NCBI GenBank assembly: GCA_903915545.1
Contig: CAIWTI010000038.1
Coordinates: 1 to 51,715, forward strand
Origin: an uncultured Actinomycetes bacterium
GTDB taxonomy: Bacteria > Actinomycetota > Thermoleophilia > Gaiellales > Gaiellaceae
Reading direction: 5' to 3'
DNA: 51,715 nt
Shown here piece by piece: positions 16,881 to 26,218 of this stretch. The notes under the pieces were generated by a model that had not been told where the DNA came from, ran no database searches, and saw only the letters and a program-made list of their open reading frames with translations. How positions within the stretch are numbered: position 1 is the stretch's first letter; each line of letters begins with the position of its first letter. The position numbers and the translations under genes are program-made.

Positions 16881-19102
16881 CCGTCGTACTGACACCGGGC
16901 AAGCTCGGCGTCGGTCGCGTCGGCGACCGTGCGCTTCGTTCGGATGGCACACCGAAGGTGCAGGGCCAGTTCGCGTTCGCGAGCGACATGATCGCGCCAG
17001 GGATGCTGTGGGGCCACACCGTTCGCAGCCCGCACGCTCACGCAGAGATCGTCGAGATCGACATCAGCGAGGCGGTTGCGATGCCAGGCGTACACGCGGT
17101 GCTCACGCACGCCGACGTGCCGGGTGCGAAGACCTACGGACTCGAGTTCGCCGATCAGCCAGTGCTTGCAATCGACCGAGTTCGGTACTACGGCGAGGCT
17201 GTCGCTCTCGTTGCGGCCGAGCATCCCGAGCAGGCGCGGCGTGCAGCCGAGCTCGTGAAGGTCACCTACCGCGAGCTTGTGCCCGTCACCGACATGGAGC
17301 GCGCGCTTGAGTCTGCACCGCTCCATGCGGGCAAGCCCACCGCGGGCCATGGCTACCGCGAAGACGATCGACCAAACGTTGTGCGCCATGTTGTGATTCG
17401 CCACGGCGATCCCGACGTCGAAGGCGACGTGACCGTGACCGGCACCTACGAGCTTGGCATTCAAGATCAGGCGTTCCTTGGCCCCGAGTCGGGCCTCGCT
17501 GTGCCTGACGGTGAAGGTGGCATCGACATCTATGCGGCGACCCAATGGCTGCACGTCGATCGCCGCCAGATCGCGCCGTGTCTGAACCTGCCCGAGCAGC
17601 AAGTACGGCTCCATCTGGCAGGCGTCGGCGGCGCGTTCGGCGGTCGCGAGGATCTCTCGATGCAGATCCACGCTGCGTTGCTCGCGCTGCACACCAACCG
17701 TCCAGTGAAGATCGTCTACAACCGCGAAGAGTCATTCTTCGGCCACGTCCATCGCCATCCGGCTCGCATCTGGGCGGAGCACCGGGCGACCCGGGAGGGT
17801 CGGATCGTGTGCGTGAAGATGCGCATCTTGCTCGATGGCGGCGCGTACGCATCGAGCTCGACTGCGGTGGCGGCCAACGCGGCGTCGTTTGCGATCGGGC
17901 CGTATGCCGTCGCGAACGCGTTGCTCGAAGCGACGGCGGTCTATACGAACAACCCGCCGTGTGGAGCGATGCGCGGCTTCGGTGCCGTGCAGACCTGCTT
18001 CGCTGCCGAGGCGCAGATGGACAAGCTCGCTGACCTGCTCGGCATCGACCCGATCGAGCTGCGACTGCTGAACGCCGCGGCGCCCGGGGATGTGCTGCCG
18101 ACCGGCCAGCGGATCGAGGGGTCGTTCCCCGTCGCCGCAACGATCCGTGCAGCTGCCGCGCTTGAGCCACCCGCACCCGAGCCATTGCCGCGCGATCCGC
18201 TCCGCCTTCCGGGCGGCGCCGGAAATACGACGCGTGGCGAAGGCGTGAAGCGCGGCATCGGCTTTGCGGTCGGCTTCAAGAACATCATGTTCTCGGAGGG
18301 CTTCGACGACTCAACGGCGGCGCGGGTGCAGCTCTTCGCCGATGGCTCAGCCGAAGTGCACTGCGCGTCGGCCGAGGTCGGCCAGGGCGTCTCCGACGTG
18401 ATCCTGCAGGTTGCACGCACCGAGCTTGGCACTGATCTTGTGCGGCTCGCGCCGCAGACAACCGCGACCGTCGGCTCTGGCGGGTCGACCTCCGCGTCCC
18501 GCCAGACCTGGATGGCAGCGAGTGCCGTGCGCGATGCCTGCCGTGCGGCAATCGAACGGCGTGATGCCGGTGACGCCGAGGTGGATGTCGAGATCGTCTA
18601 CCGCCATGCCGAGACAACACCGCTCGATCCCGAGACCGGTCAGATCACCGGTGACCGTGCACACGTTGCGTTCTCGGTGTGCGCGATGAAGGTCGTTGCC
18701 GAGGTTGATGTCGAGCTTGGGCTGACCCGCATCGTGTGGATCGGCGCGGCGCAAGATGTCGGCCGGGCGATCAACCCGCTTGCTGCCGAAGGGCAAGTGC
18801 AAGGCGGCGCTGCGCAGGGAATGGGTCTCGCGGTGATGGAGGAGATCCAGACGCGCAACGGACTGATCACCAACGCGAGCTTCACCGACTACTTGATCCC
18901 GACGGCCCTCGACATGCCTGCCATGGATGTGGTGCTCGTTGAGGATCCCGATCCCGCCGGCCCGTTCGGCGCCAAGGGAATCGGTGAGCCGCCAACGGTG
19001 ACGGCAACCGCCGCCGTCGCCTCAGCGCTCCGGGCTGCTTCCGGCCAGCCGCTCACCCGCGTGCCGGTCACACCAGAGGCCCTCATCGGCCTCTCTCGTT
19101 AG
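16877..19102 (+). CDS. Xanthine dehydrogenase family, molybdopterin-binding large subunit
   Basis: 741 aa from GTG 16877 (GTGA overlap), in frame with the over-extended track ORF 16220..19102. Motifs are GVGGAFGGRED, MRGFG and GAKGIGEPP. Confidence 0.9.
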   Translation: MTVVLTPGKLGVGRVGDRALRSDGTPKVQGQFAFASDMIAPGMLWGHTVRSPHAHAEIVEIDISEAVAMPGVHAVLTHADVPGAKTYGLEFADQPVLAIDRVRYYGEAVALVAAEHPEQARRAAELVKVTYRELVPVTDMERALESAPLHAGKPTAGHGYREDDRPNVVRHVVIRHGDPDVEGDVTVTGTYELGIQDQAFLGPESGLAVPDGEGGIDIYAATQWLHVDRRQIAPCLNLPEQQVRLHLAGVGGAFGGREDLSMQIHAALLALHTNRPVKIVYNREESFFGHVHRHPARIWAEHRATREGRIVCVKMRILLDGGAYASSSTAVAANAASFAIGPYAVANALLEATAVYTNNPPCGAMRGFGAVQTCFAAEAQMDKLADLLGIDPIELRLLNAAAPGDVLPTGQRIEGSFPVAATIRAAAALEPPAPEPLPRDPLRLPGGAGNTTRGEGVKRGIGFAVGFKNIMFSEGFDDSTAARVQLFADGSAEVHCASAEVGQGVSDVILQVARTELGTDLVRLAPQTTATVGSGGSTSASRQTWMAASAVRDACRAAIERRDAGDAEVDVEIVYRHAETTPLDPETGQITGDRAHVAFSVCAMKVVAEVDVELGLTRIVWIGAAQDVGRAINPLAAEGQVQGGAAQGMGLAVMEEIQTRNGLITNASFTDYLIPTALDMPAMDVVLVEDPDPAGPFGAKGIGEPPTVTATAAVASALRAASGQPLTRVPVTPEALIGLSR

Positions 19103-19113
19103 GAGGGGCCGGT

Positions 19114-19986
19114 TCATTCGGGCGTGGGAGTCGCGGGTGGCTCTTCGCGCACGACGACGGCGACTGAGCCAACAACGATCGCCGCACCGACGACAGCAAG
19201 CGCTGTCAGATGCTCGCCACGAAAGGCGATGCCGAGGGCGATCGCCACAACCGGGTTGACGTAGGCGTAGGTCGAGACGAGCCCGATCGGCGCGTTCACA
19301 AGCAACCAGGTGTAGGCCGAGTAGCCGACGATCGAACCGATCGTCACCAGGTAGACCCATGCGAGGATCGAGCTCGTCGACGGCGCAAAATGGTGCGTCG
19401 TGAAGGCCGCAAATGGGAGCATCAGCGCACCACCGATCAGCATCTCCCAGGTTGTCGCGGCAAGCGAGTTCGCGGGCATTGGCAGACGGCTTGAGAGCAG
19501 CGAGCCGACAGCCCACATCACCGCCGAGACGACGCAGAGCGCGATACCGAGCCCGGTTGCGCCACCATGCGGGCGTAGGAGCAGCGCGATGCCGGCGAAG
19601 CCGATCACGACGCCGCCGATCGCGAGCGTCGGCATGTGCTCCCGCAGGCCGAGCCGCATGACGACAACCCAAAGCGGCACCGAAGCGATGAGCAGCGACG
19701 CGATGCCGATGTCGATGTGTTGCTCAGCGAAAAAGAGGACGGCGTTGGCGCCAGGCAGCAGAGCCCCGACGAGCGCGCACGAGAGAAGCTCCCGCCGCGG
19801 CATCCGCAGCGATCCCTTGCTGCGCATCACGATCAACGCCATCAACGCACCCGCGGCAAGGAAGCGCGTTGATGCCGCGAGCATGATCGGGATCGTCTCG
19901 CCTGCGACCTGAATCCCGAGGTAGGTGGAGCCCCAGATGATGTAGACGATCCAGAGCGCGACCCACGTCTTCGCCTTGGTGCTCAC
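19114..19986 (-). CDS. EamA/DMT-family transporter
   Basis: 290 aa with about 10 TM. GTG 19986 overlaps the upstream stop (GTGA). The sequence WIVYIIWGSTYLGIQV is typical of EamA repeats. Confidence 0.8.
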   Translation of the reverse strand: MSTKAKTWVALWIVYIIWGSTYLGIQVAGETIPIMLAASTRFLAAGALMALIVMRSKGSLRMPRRELLSCALVGALLPGANAVLFFAEQHIDIGIASLLIASVPLWVVVMRLGLREHMPTLAIGGVVIGFAGIALLLRPHGGATGLGIALCVVSAVMWAVGSLLSSRLPMPANSLAATTWEMLIGGALMLPFAAFTTHHFAPSTSSILAWVYLVTIGSIVGYSAYTWLLVNAPIGLVSTYAYVNPVVAIALGIAFRGEHLTALAVVGAAIVVGSVAVVVREEPPATPTPE

Positions 19987-20423
19987 CGTGAAAGTGACAG
20001 TGCTGCACCGGCTGCGAGGAGGATCATCCCGGCGGCGCGCGGCCAAGAGATCCCAACCTGTTCGACACCGAACAGGCCGAAGCGATCGATCACGGCACCC
20101 ATGACAAGCTGCCCCGCGATCAAGATGCCAATCGTCGCGGCAGCGCCGATGCGCGGCTGCGCGACGGTGATCGCCAATACGACGATCAGTCCCATCAGCC
20201 CGCCGAGCCACATCCATGGCGGTGCCTTGGTGAAGCTCGTCAGGTGGCCGATGCCGCCGCGAACGGCGACCAGGACGCAGACGCCAAGGAGCAACTGGAT
20301 GCTCGTCGCGACGACGAGCGCTTCAACGACACCGATCCGTCCACCAAAGCGACCCATGACCGCCACCTGGATTCCACCAGCGAGACCGGCAAGAACGGCG
20401 AAGAGCGCGGCTACAGCGTTCAT
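19983..20423 (-). CDS. DMT-superfamily membrane protein (DUF606/YdcZ-like)
   Basis: About 146 aa from internal ATG 20423. It has 5 predicted TM helices; sequence MNAVAALFAVLAGLAGGIQVAVMGRFG. Confidence 0.55.
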   Translation of the reverse strand: MNAVAALFAVLAGLAGGIQVAVMGRFGGRIGVVEALVVATSIQLLLGVCVLVAVRGGIGHLTSFTKAPPWMWLGGLMGLIVVLAITVAQPRIGAAATIGILIAGQLVMGAVIDRFGLFGVEQVGISWPRAAGMILLAAGAALSLSR

Positions 20424-20555
20424 GCGCGCGACGACAGCCAGCGCGCAGCGCCAGTTGGGCAAGGTCGAGGTGCGGGGTGGCCGTGCATCGGGAAGTGCCT
20501 TGCGAGTCTACGCGCGAGGGTCGTCTGCGCCCGTATTCTCAACTAGGGTGCGGGC

Positions 20556-21335
20556 GTGGCGCTTGTTGAGATCTCCCGTGCAGATGCAGTTCTGACCCTC
20601 ACGCTGAATCGGCCCAACCGGCTGAATGCGCTCGATATCGCGATGGCGGACGAGCTGAATGCCGCGCTGGCTGTTGCCGCCGATCCCGCGATCCGCGCCG
20701 TTGTAATTACAGGGGCAGGCCGCGGCTTCTGTGCCGGTCAGGATCTCGGGCGGCTCGAGGACCACACGCCGCTTGACGACCTCCTACGGGAGCATTACCA
20801 CCCGATCGTGCTGCTCGTCCGGGAGCTTGAGAAGCCGGTGATCGCCTCGGTGAATGGGCCGGCTGCCGGGGCGGGGCTCTCGCTCGCACTCGCCTGCGAT
20901 GTGCGGATCGCCGCGACGTCAGCGACGTTCGTACCCGCCTACGGCAAGATCGCTCTCGCACCAGGAGCGGGAGCCACGTGGTTCCTGCGTCGCACTCTCG
21001 GCACCGCACGAGCCTTCGAGTGGCTTGCCACCGGAACTCGGTTGAGCGCCGCCGACGCACGGCTGTGGGGACTCGTGACGGAGGTGGTGCCCGACAAGAA
21101 GCTCGTGAGCCGCACCGCCGAGCTTGCTTCGCAGTACGCGGCTCTCCCGACGCGCGCGGTGTGGGAGCTGAAGCGGCTGCTCGATGCCGCCGAGGACACG
21201 ACCTTCGCGCTGCATCTCGATGACGTCGCACGCGCGCAAGGTGAGCTTGGCCGGACGCGCGACTACATCGAGGGGCGCACCGCGTTTGCCGAAGGGCGCG
21301 AGCCTGCGTTCGACGGCCAGCCAGCCTCCGAGTAG
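20556..21335 (+). CDS. Enoyl-CoA hydratase/isomerase (crotonase) family protein
   Basis: LTLNRPNRLNAL, ITGAGRGFCAGQDL and VNGPAAGAGLSLALACD. TAGGGT (20544-20549) lies 6 nt upstream of the GTG start. Confidence 0.85.
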   Translation: MALVEISRADAVLTLTLNRPNRLNALDIAMADELNAALAVAADPAIRAVVITGAGRGFCAGQDLGRLEDHTPLDDLLREHYHPIVLLVRELEKPVIASVNGPAAGAGLSLALACDVRIAATSATFVPAYGKIALAPGAGATWFLRRTLGTARAFEWLATGTRLSAADARLWGLVTEVVPDKKLVSRTAELASQYAALPTRAVWELKRLLDAAEDTTFALHLDDVARAQGELGRTRDYIEGRTAFAEGREPAFDGQPASE

Positions 21336-21360
21336 GCCAACCCGCTCTCGACGCTCTACG

Positions 21361-22263
21361 ATGGCCGCGGTGGGCGTGGCATTGATCGTCAACCCGTTTT
21401 CGAGCGGGGTTCGACGCGACCTCGTTGAGGACGTCGAACGTGTGCTGCGCCGGTACGTCGAACACCTCGAACTACACCTCACCGAAGCGCGCGACCACGC
21501 CACTGAACTGGCACGTGCCGCGGCGGCAGAGGGCCACACGATTGTGGTCTTTGCCGGCGACGGGACCTACAACGAAGCGATCAACGGGGCAGCCGGTGCC
21601 GCCACGTTCGGGTTCATCCCGGGTGGCGGCACGAGCGTCCTGCCGCGCGCGCTCGGTTTGCCGCGCGATCCGCTGCTCGCGACCGGGAAAATTGGTGAGG
21701 CGATCCAAGCGGGCGGGGTGAGAACGATTTCGCTCGGGCGGGCAAACGGTCGCCTGTTCGCGTTCGCCGCTGGAGTTGGCTTTGACGCCGACGTCGTGCG
21801 TCGGGTCGATCGGCGAGGTCGTCGCGAGGACGGTCGCCGCGCACCGAACTCCGCGTTCGTTGCTGCCGCGCTCGGCGCGTTTGCCGGGAGCGGCTTCCAC
21901 CTTGGTGAGTCGATCGAGATCGAGGGTCACGGCCGTGCAGCCTTCATTCTCGTCGCGAATGGCGCGCCGTACACGTACGCCGGATCGGTGCGGTTTCGGT
22001 TGGCGCGCGAGTCGACCTTCGAGGACGGCCTTGCTTGGGTCGCACCGCGAACGGTGTGGCCCGTGTCGGCAGGCACCCTCGTGTACCGCGCGTTTCGTGG
22101 GACGGCGCCGCGAGCCCGGAACGTCTTCGCCGGTATCGATGACGACCGTCTCGTCATTCGCTGCGACACACCGCAGCCGTTTCAGGTGGATGGCGAAGAC
22201 CTTGGAGATGTCACCGAGGTTGAGTTCCTCGCTGTGCGTAATGCCCTCACCGTCGTGAGCTGA
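21361..22263 (+). CDS. Diacylglycerol/lipid kinase family protein (YegS/BmrU-like)
   Basis: 300 aa from internal ATG 21361. It has LIVNPFSSG, the VFAGDGTYNEAING (GDGT) motif and IPGGGTSVLPRALG. Confidence 0.8.
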   Translation: MAAVGVALIVNPFSSGVRRDLVEDVERVLRRYVEHLELHLTEARDHATELARAAAAEGHTIVVFAGDGTYNEAINGAAGAATFGFIPGGGTSVLPRALGLPRDPLLATGKIGEAIQAGGVRTISLGRANGRLFAFAAGVGFDADVVRRVDRRGRREDGRRAPNSAFVAAALGAFAGSGFHLGESIEIEGHGRAAFILVANGAPYTYAGSVRFRLARESTFEDGLAWVAPRTVWPVSAGTLVYRAFRGTAPRARNVFAGIDDDRLVIRCDTPQPFQVDGEDLGDVTEVEFLAVRNALTVVS

Positions 22264-22286
22264 CCCGTCGCCTACACTGGCTGCTG

Positions 22287-22694
22287 ATGGGAGCCTGGTA
22301 CACGATCGGACTACTCGCGGGCATCGGTGTTGCTGTGGGCATCGCTGCCGCAGCGGTGATTCCGCGCGCGATCGTGACGATCCTCGCGGGCGCTGTTGTT
22401 GGCGCCATAGCTGGGATCCTGATCGGTGATTGGAGCGATGCCGTGTCGGGAGCGATCGGTGGCGCAGCTGGCGGCTTCGGTGCTGAGCCGGTCTTCGCGG
22501 GTGCGCTGCGCCGCGGCGGCACACGCTCGGGCCTTGCCGTGTTCGCCGTTGGCGGTGCTGTCGCTGCTGCCGCGGTTGCCTTCATTCCGGTTGCGGGATA
22601 CCTCGAAGCGGTGGTGCTTCCGGCGCTCGCCCTTCGCTTGCGTTCGCGCGCTCCTGAGCGCTACGCCGGCCTGCGCACGCTCGCCAAGGATTAG
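22287..22694 (+). CDS. Glycine/alanine-rich small membrane protein (glycine-zipper-like), hypothetical
   Basis: 135 aa with repeated GxxxG/AxxxG spacing across 3-4 hydrophobic segments. I recognise no family. Confidence 0.5.
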   Translation: MGAWYTIGLLAGIGVAVGIAAAAVIPRAIVTILAGAVVGAIAGILIGDWSDAVSGAIGGAAGGFGAEPVFAGALRRGGTRSGLAVFAVGGAVAAAAVAFIPVAGYLEAVVLPALALRLRSRAPERYAGLRTLAKD

Positions 22695-22720
22695 GGCCGC
22701 ATGCGACCTGAGGTGACGTC

Positions 22721-23956
22721 GTGAGTCGCCCGGTCGTCCTGATCGTGATCGACGGGCTCACGCCCGCGATGCTCGAAGCGACCGATCTCCCGGCGCTGCG
22801 GCACCTGCTCGACAACGGCATCTACCGCCGCGCCGTCTCGACCTTTCCGTCGCTGACGCCGGTCTGCCTTGCCTCGATCGCGACAGGCGCGGGCCCCGAC
22901 GAACATCACATCCCGCACCTCGTGTGGTGGAACCGGGCCGAGCAGCGGCTCGTCGAGTACGGGTCGTCGTTTGGCGCCGTGCGGGCTGCGGGTCTTGCCC
23001 AGGGGATCCGCGACACGATGGTCAACCTGAATGAGATCCACCTCTCGTCGAACGTCGAGACAATCTACGAGACGCTCGAGGACACGGGTCTCACCGCGGC
23101 TGCGATCAACATCACCACCTATCGCGGGCGAACGCAGCACCGTGCCGTTATCCCAGGTCTCCCGGTGATCTCGGGGCCGAAGCGCCTGTTCTTCTTCAGC
23201 GTCTACGAGTCCGACCGGACGGGCGCACCGATCCTGATCCCGAATCGAAACCAGGGCTCTGTCGACGCATACGCCGCGGCGGTTGGACGGTGGCTCGTCA
23301 CGCGAGACGGCTTCGACTTCCTCGTCTACTACCTCCCCGACTATGACTTTGCCTCGCACGCACAGGGGCCAGGCGTCGCGCACGAGGCGCTCGCGCGCAG
23401 CGATGCGGCGGTCCAGGCTCTGATGGATGCCGCTGGCGGTCCCGATGCGTTCCTCGAGCGCTATGCTGCTCTGCTCTGCTCCGACCACGGCCAGACTGCC
23501 GTGCACACGCCAGCAAAGATTGAGATTCCCGGAGCCCTCGTGACGGCGTCGAATCGCGCGGGCATGGTCTACGGCGACGACCCACGGGCGCTCGCCAAGG
23601 CGCTTGCCGGAGAGCCTTCCGTCGAAGCCGTGGTCTTCCTCGAGAACGGGGAGCTCGTGGCACAGCGCGGCGGCGACGAGGACATCGCGATCCTCGACGA
23701 CTATCCCGACGGCCGCGAGCGTGCGCGACGTGCCCTCCACAACCCGAACGCCGGTGAGGTGATCTTCACCGCTGCCGACGGGTACGAGTTCATCGATCTC
23801 GGCGGCGGACACCACGCGGGTGGTGGCAGCCACGGCTCGCTTGCGGCGTCAGACTCCGACGTCCCGATGCTGAGCGTCGGGCTTGGCGAACCGCCCGCGT
23901 CGATCCTTGGAATCAAGGACACGATCGTCTCGCACTTCGCCCGTAGCGCTGGCTAG
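22721..23956 (+). CDS. Alkaline-phosphatase-superfamily enzyme (type I phosphodiesterase / nucleotide pyrophosphatase family)
   Basis: VVLIVIDGLTPAML, the nucleophile region FPSLTPVCLASIATG, and SDHGQT. Confidence 0.75.
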   Translation: MSRPVVLIVIDGLTPAMLEATDLPALRHLLDNGIYRRAVSTFPSLTPVCLASIATGAGPDEHHIPHLVWWNRAEQRLVEYGSSFGAVRAAGLAQGIRDTMVNLNEIHLSSNVETIYETLEDTGLTAAAINITTYRGRTQHRAVIPGLPVISGPKRLFFFSVYESDRTGAPILIPNRNQGSVDAYAAAVGRWLVTRDGFDFLVYYLPDYDFASHAQGPGVAHEALARSDAAVQALMDAAGGPDAFLERYAALLCSDHGQTAVHTPAKIEIPGALVTASNRAGMVYGDDPRALAKALAGEPSVEAVVFLENGELVAQRGGDEDIAILDDYPDGRERARRALHNPNAGEVIFTAADGYEFIDLGGGHHAGGGSHGSLAASDSDVPMLSVGLGEPPASILGIKDTIVSHFARSAG

Positions 23957-24005
23957 ACCCGCTTTTCGCTCGTCCGAGCGCGTGGGGTGATAGCGTCGGC
24001 CCGTC

Positions 24006-24416
24006 TTGGCCGCTTCCGATCGCGCCTTGCAGGCCCTGCGTAAAACCGACAACTGGCTCCAGCTGGCCAAGTTCGGTGTCGTTGGTGTGAGCGGGTATGT
24101 GATCTACCTTGGCATCTATGCCGCGCTGCTCGGACTCGGTGCGCACTCGGCTGCTGCAGTGGCGTTTGTCGTCTCGGCGGCGAACAACTACTGGTGGAAC
24201 CGGTACTGGACGTTTGCCCAGCAGAAGGGCCACTTTGGAACGCAGGGCCTGCGTTTCTTCGTCGTGTCGCTCGTCGCATTCGCGACGAACCAGGTGTGGC
24301 TCTACGTCTTCCTCGATCTCGCCGGCTTCGGCAAGCTTGTTGCGGCAGCAATCGCGATCGTGTTCGTGACGCCGGTGAACTTCCTCGGCAACAAGCTTTG
24401 GTCATTCCGGCAGTAA
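24006..24416 (+). CDS. GtrA-family membrane protein
   Basis: 136 aa with 4 TM. It has FGVVGVSGYVIYLG, NNYWWNRYWTF and NFLGNKLWSF. Confidence 0.8.
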   Translation: MAASDRALQALRKTDNWLQLAKFGVVGVSGYVIYLGIYAALLGLGAHSAAAVAFVVSAANNYWWNRYWTFAQQKGHFGTQGLRFFVVSLVAFATNQVWLYVFLDLAGFGKLVAAAIAIVFVTPVNFLGNKLWSFRQ

Positions 24417-26218
24417 GACGCCTTGTTGCGCTCGCGGTGGTCGTGGCTGCCGCGACGGTCGCGGCGGGCGGAGCAGCGGCTGCCACGGGAACCGGTACTG
24501 CGACAACGATCCCCGGTTCGCCGGGCTCGGGCGCACCGGCGCCACCCGCGCTTGGTATCCACCATCGCCTGACCGAGAAGACCGCCACGCGGATCTTCCT
24601 CGAGGACACCAAGGTCTCGTCGTGGCTGAAGCGCTACCCGACAGATCCTCAGACGGCCGCGACGCTCAAGGACGGTTCGTGGACCGTCAACGTGTGGTCG
24701 GGTAACGCGGGGGAGATTGCGACCGGGAAGGTCGACGACTCGCTTGCGGTCGTGATGGAGGCGTGGACGGGGCCGCAGGTGGCCTGGACGATGGCGCGCG
24801 GCCAGCAGGGCGCGTTTGGCGGCCAGAAGATCAACAGCACGCCCGTGTGGCTCGCGTTTTGCGTGATCTTTCTGCTCGGACTCGTCGACTGGCGGCGGCC
24901 GTTCTCGGTTCGGACGATTGACCTCGTCGCGCTGCTGTCATTCTCGGTCTCGCTCTTCTACTTCAACAAAGGCGACGTGCTGATGTCGGCGCCGCTCGTC
25001 TACCCACCGTTTCTGTGGCTGCTGCTTCGCTGCTTTTGGATCGGGGCGCGCGACCGTCCATCACGGGGAGATGTCGTGTGGCCGGTCTGGATCCTGCTTG
25101 CGGCAACCGTCTTCCTCGCGGGGTTCCGCATTGGACTAAACGTGCGCGACTCGAACGTGATCGACGTCGGCTACTCGGGCGTCATTGGTGCCGACCGGAT
25201 CTGGCACGGGCAGAGTCCCTACGCCCACTTCCCCGTCGAGCGAACACGTAAGGCGTGCGGGCCGGCCGATTCGAACGGTGAGATCCGCGACCGGGTTCAG
25301 ACGAACGGTCGGTGCGAGAGCGCGAACGAGCGTGGCGATACCTACGGGCCTGTGGCGTACGAGGCGTACATCCCCGGGTACCTGCTCTTCGGTTGGAGTG
25401 GCAAGTGGGACTCGCTGCCTGCGGTCCACTTCACTTCGATCGTGTGGGACATGCTCGCGCTTATCGCCCTCGGCCTTGTTGGGCGAAGGCTCGGTGGTCC
25501 CAAACTCGGTGCGACGCTGGCGTTTGCGTGGGCGGCGTGGCCGTTCACGCAATACGCGTCGAGCTCGAACACGAACGACATGATCGGCCCTGCCCTGCTT
25601 ACGGTCGGCTTCTTGCTCTACACCTCGTCATTCCAGCGTGGTGTGTTCTCGGCGCTCGCCGGGTGGACGAAGTTCGGGTCGCTCCTGCTGCTGCCACTGT
25701 GGGCTGGGTACCCCGAGGCCCGCGCGTTCCGCGGTCGTACGGCCTACCTCTGCGGTTTCGTGTTTGCGACAGGCCTCGCATTCGTCGTCCTGTTGCTTGA
25801 GCCGTCGCCATTTCACGCTGCTCGGGTGTTTGTCGATCGCACCTTCATCTGGCAGAGCGGGCGCGACTCGCCGTTCTCGATCTGGGATTACCGCCAGTAC
25901 CACGCCAAAGGACTGCCGGACCTCCACCGGGTGCAGTACCTGCTCGAAGCGATGCTCCTCGGGGCGGCTCTCGCGTTTGGCCGGTGGCCGCGCCGACGAT
26001 CACCACTTCGGCTCGCCGCGTTCACGGCGGTGCTCCTCGTCGGCTTCGAGATGGTGCTGACGCACTGGTACTACCCCTACCTCGTCTGGATGTACCCGTT
26101 CGTCGCGATCACCCTGCTGATCCCGCGGCCGCCTGCCAACACTGCTCCTGAAGCAGATGTGTCTGTCGAACCCGCACCACCTGCTGAGGTGAGCGATGCG
26201 GCTGCGGCTCCCGGCTAA
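24398..26218 (+). CDS. Large polytopic membrane protein, GT-C-like glycosyltransferase with N-terminal extracytoplasmic domain
   Basis: A TTG at 24398 gives a signal anchor RRLVALAVVVAAATVAAGG; the start is approximate because track ORF 24194.. overlaps gtrA. An extracytoplasmic domain of about 100 aa is followed by more than 10 TM helices. A loop reads DVGYSGVIGADRIWHGQSPY...GDTYGPVAYEAYIPGYL. Confidence 0.55.
   Translation: MVIPAVRRLVALAVVVAAATVAAGGAAAATGTGTATTIPGSPGSGAPAPPALGIHHRLTEKTATRIFLEDTKVSSWLKRYPTDPQTAATLKDGSWTVNVWSGNAGEIATGKVDDSLAVVMEAWTGPQVAWTMARGQQGAFGGQKINSTPVWLAFCVIFLLGLVDWRRPFSVRTIDLVALLSFSVSLFYFNKGDVLMSAPLVYPPFLWLLLRCFWIGARDRPSRGDVVWPVWILLAATVFLAGFRIGLNVRDSNVIDVGYSGVIGADRIWHGQSPYAHFPVERTRKACGPADSNGEIRDRVQTNGRCESANERGDTYGPVAYEAYIPGYLLFGWSGKWDSLPAVHFTSIVWDMLALIALGLVGRRLGGPKLGATLAFAWAAWPFTQYASSSNTNDMIGPALLTVGFLLYTSSFQRGVFSALAGWTKFGSLLLLPLWAGYPEARAFRGRTAYLCGFVFATGLAFVVLLLEPSPFHAARVFVDRTFIWQSGRDSPFSIWDYRQYHAKGLPDLHRVQYLLEAMLLGAALAFGRWPRRRSPLRLAAFTAVLLVGFEMVLTHWYYPYLVWMYPFVAITLLIPRPPANTAPEADVSVEPAPPAEVSDAAAAPG

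Noticed and set aside
16382-17692. 436-aa minus-strand ORF antisense to the xanthine dehydrogenase genes. There are many similar long antisense or alternate-frame ORFs (e.g. 5699..6745, 7981..9228, 9036..10076, 10852..11901, 21472..22524, 22691..23833, 35951..36745, 41638..42546, 43256..44290, 44851..46269, 49418..50479).
   Set aside because: Each lies fully inside a gene with clear family motifs on the other strand or frame. Their translations are Arg/Ala/Pro/Gly-rich low-complexity strings typical of stop-poor alternate frames in very GC-rich DNA, with no recognisable domains.
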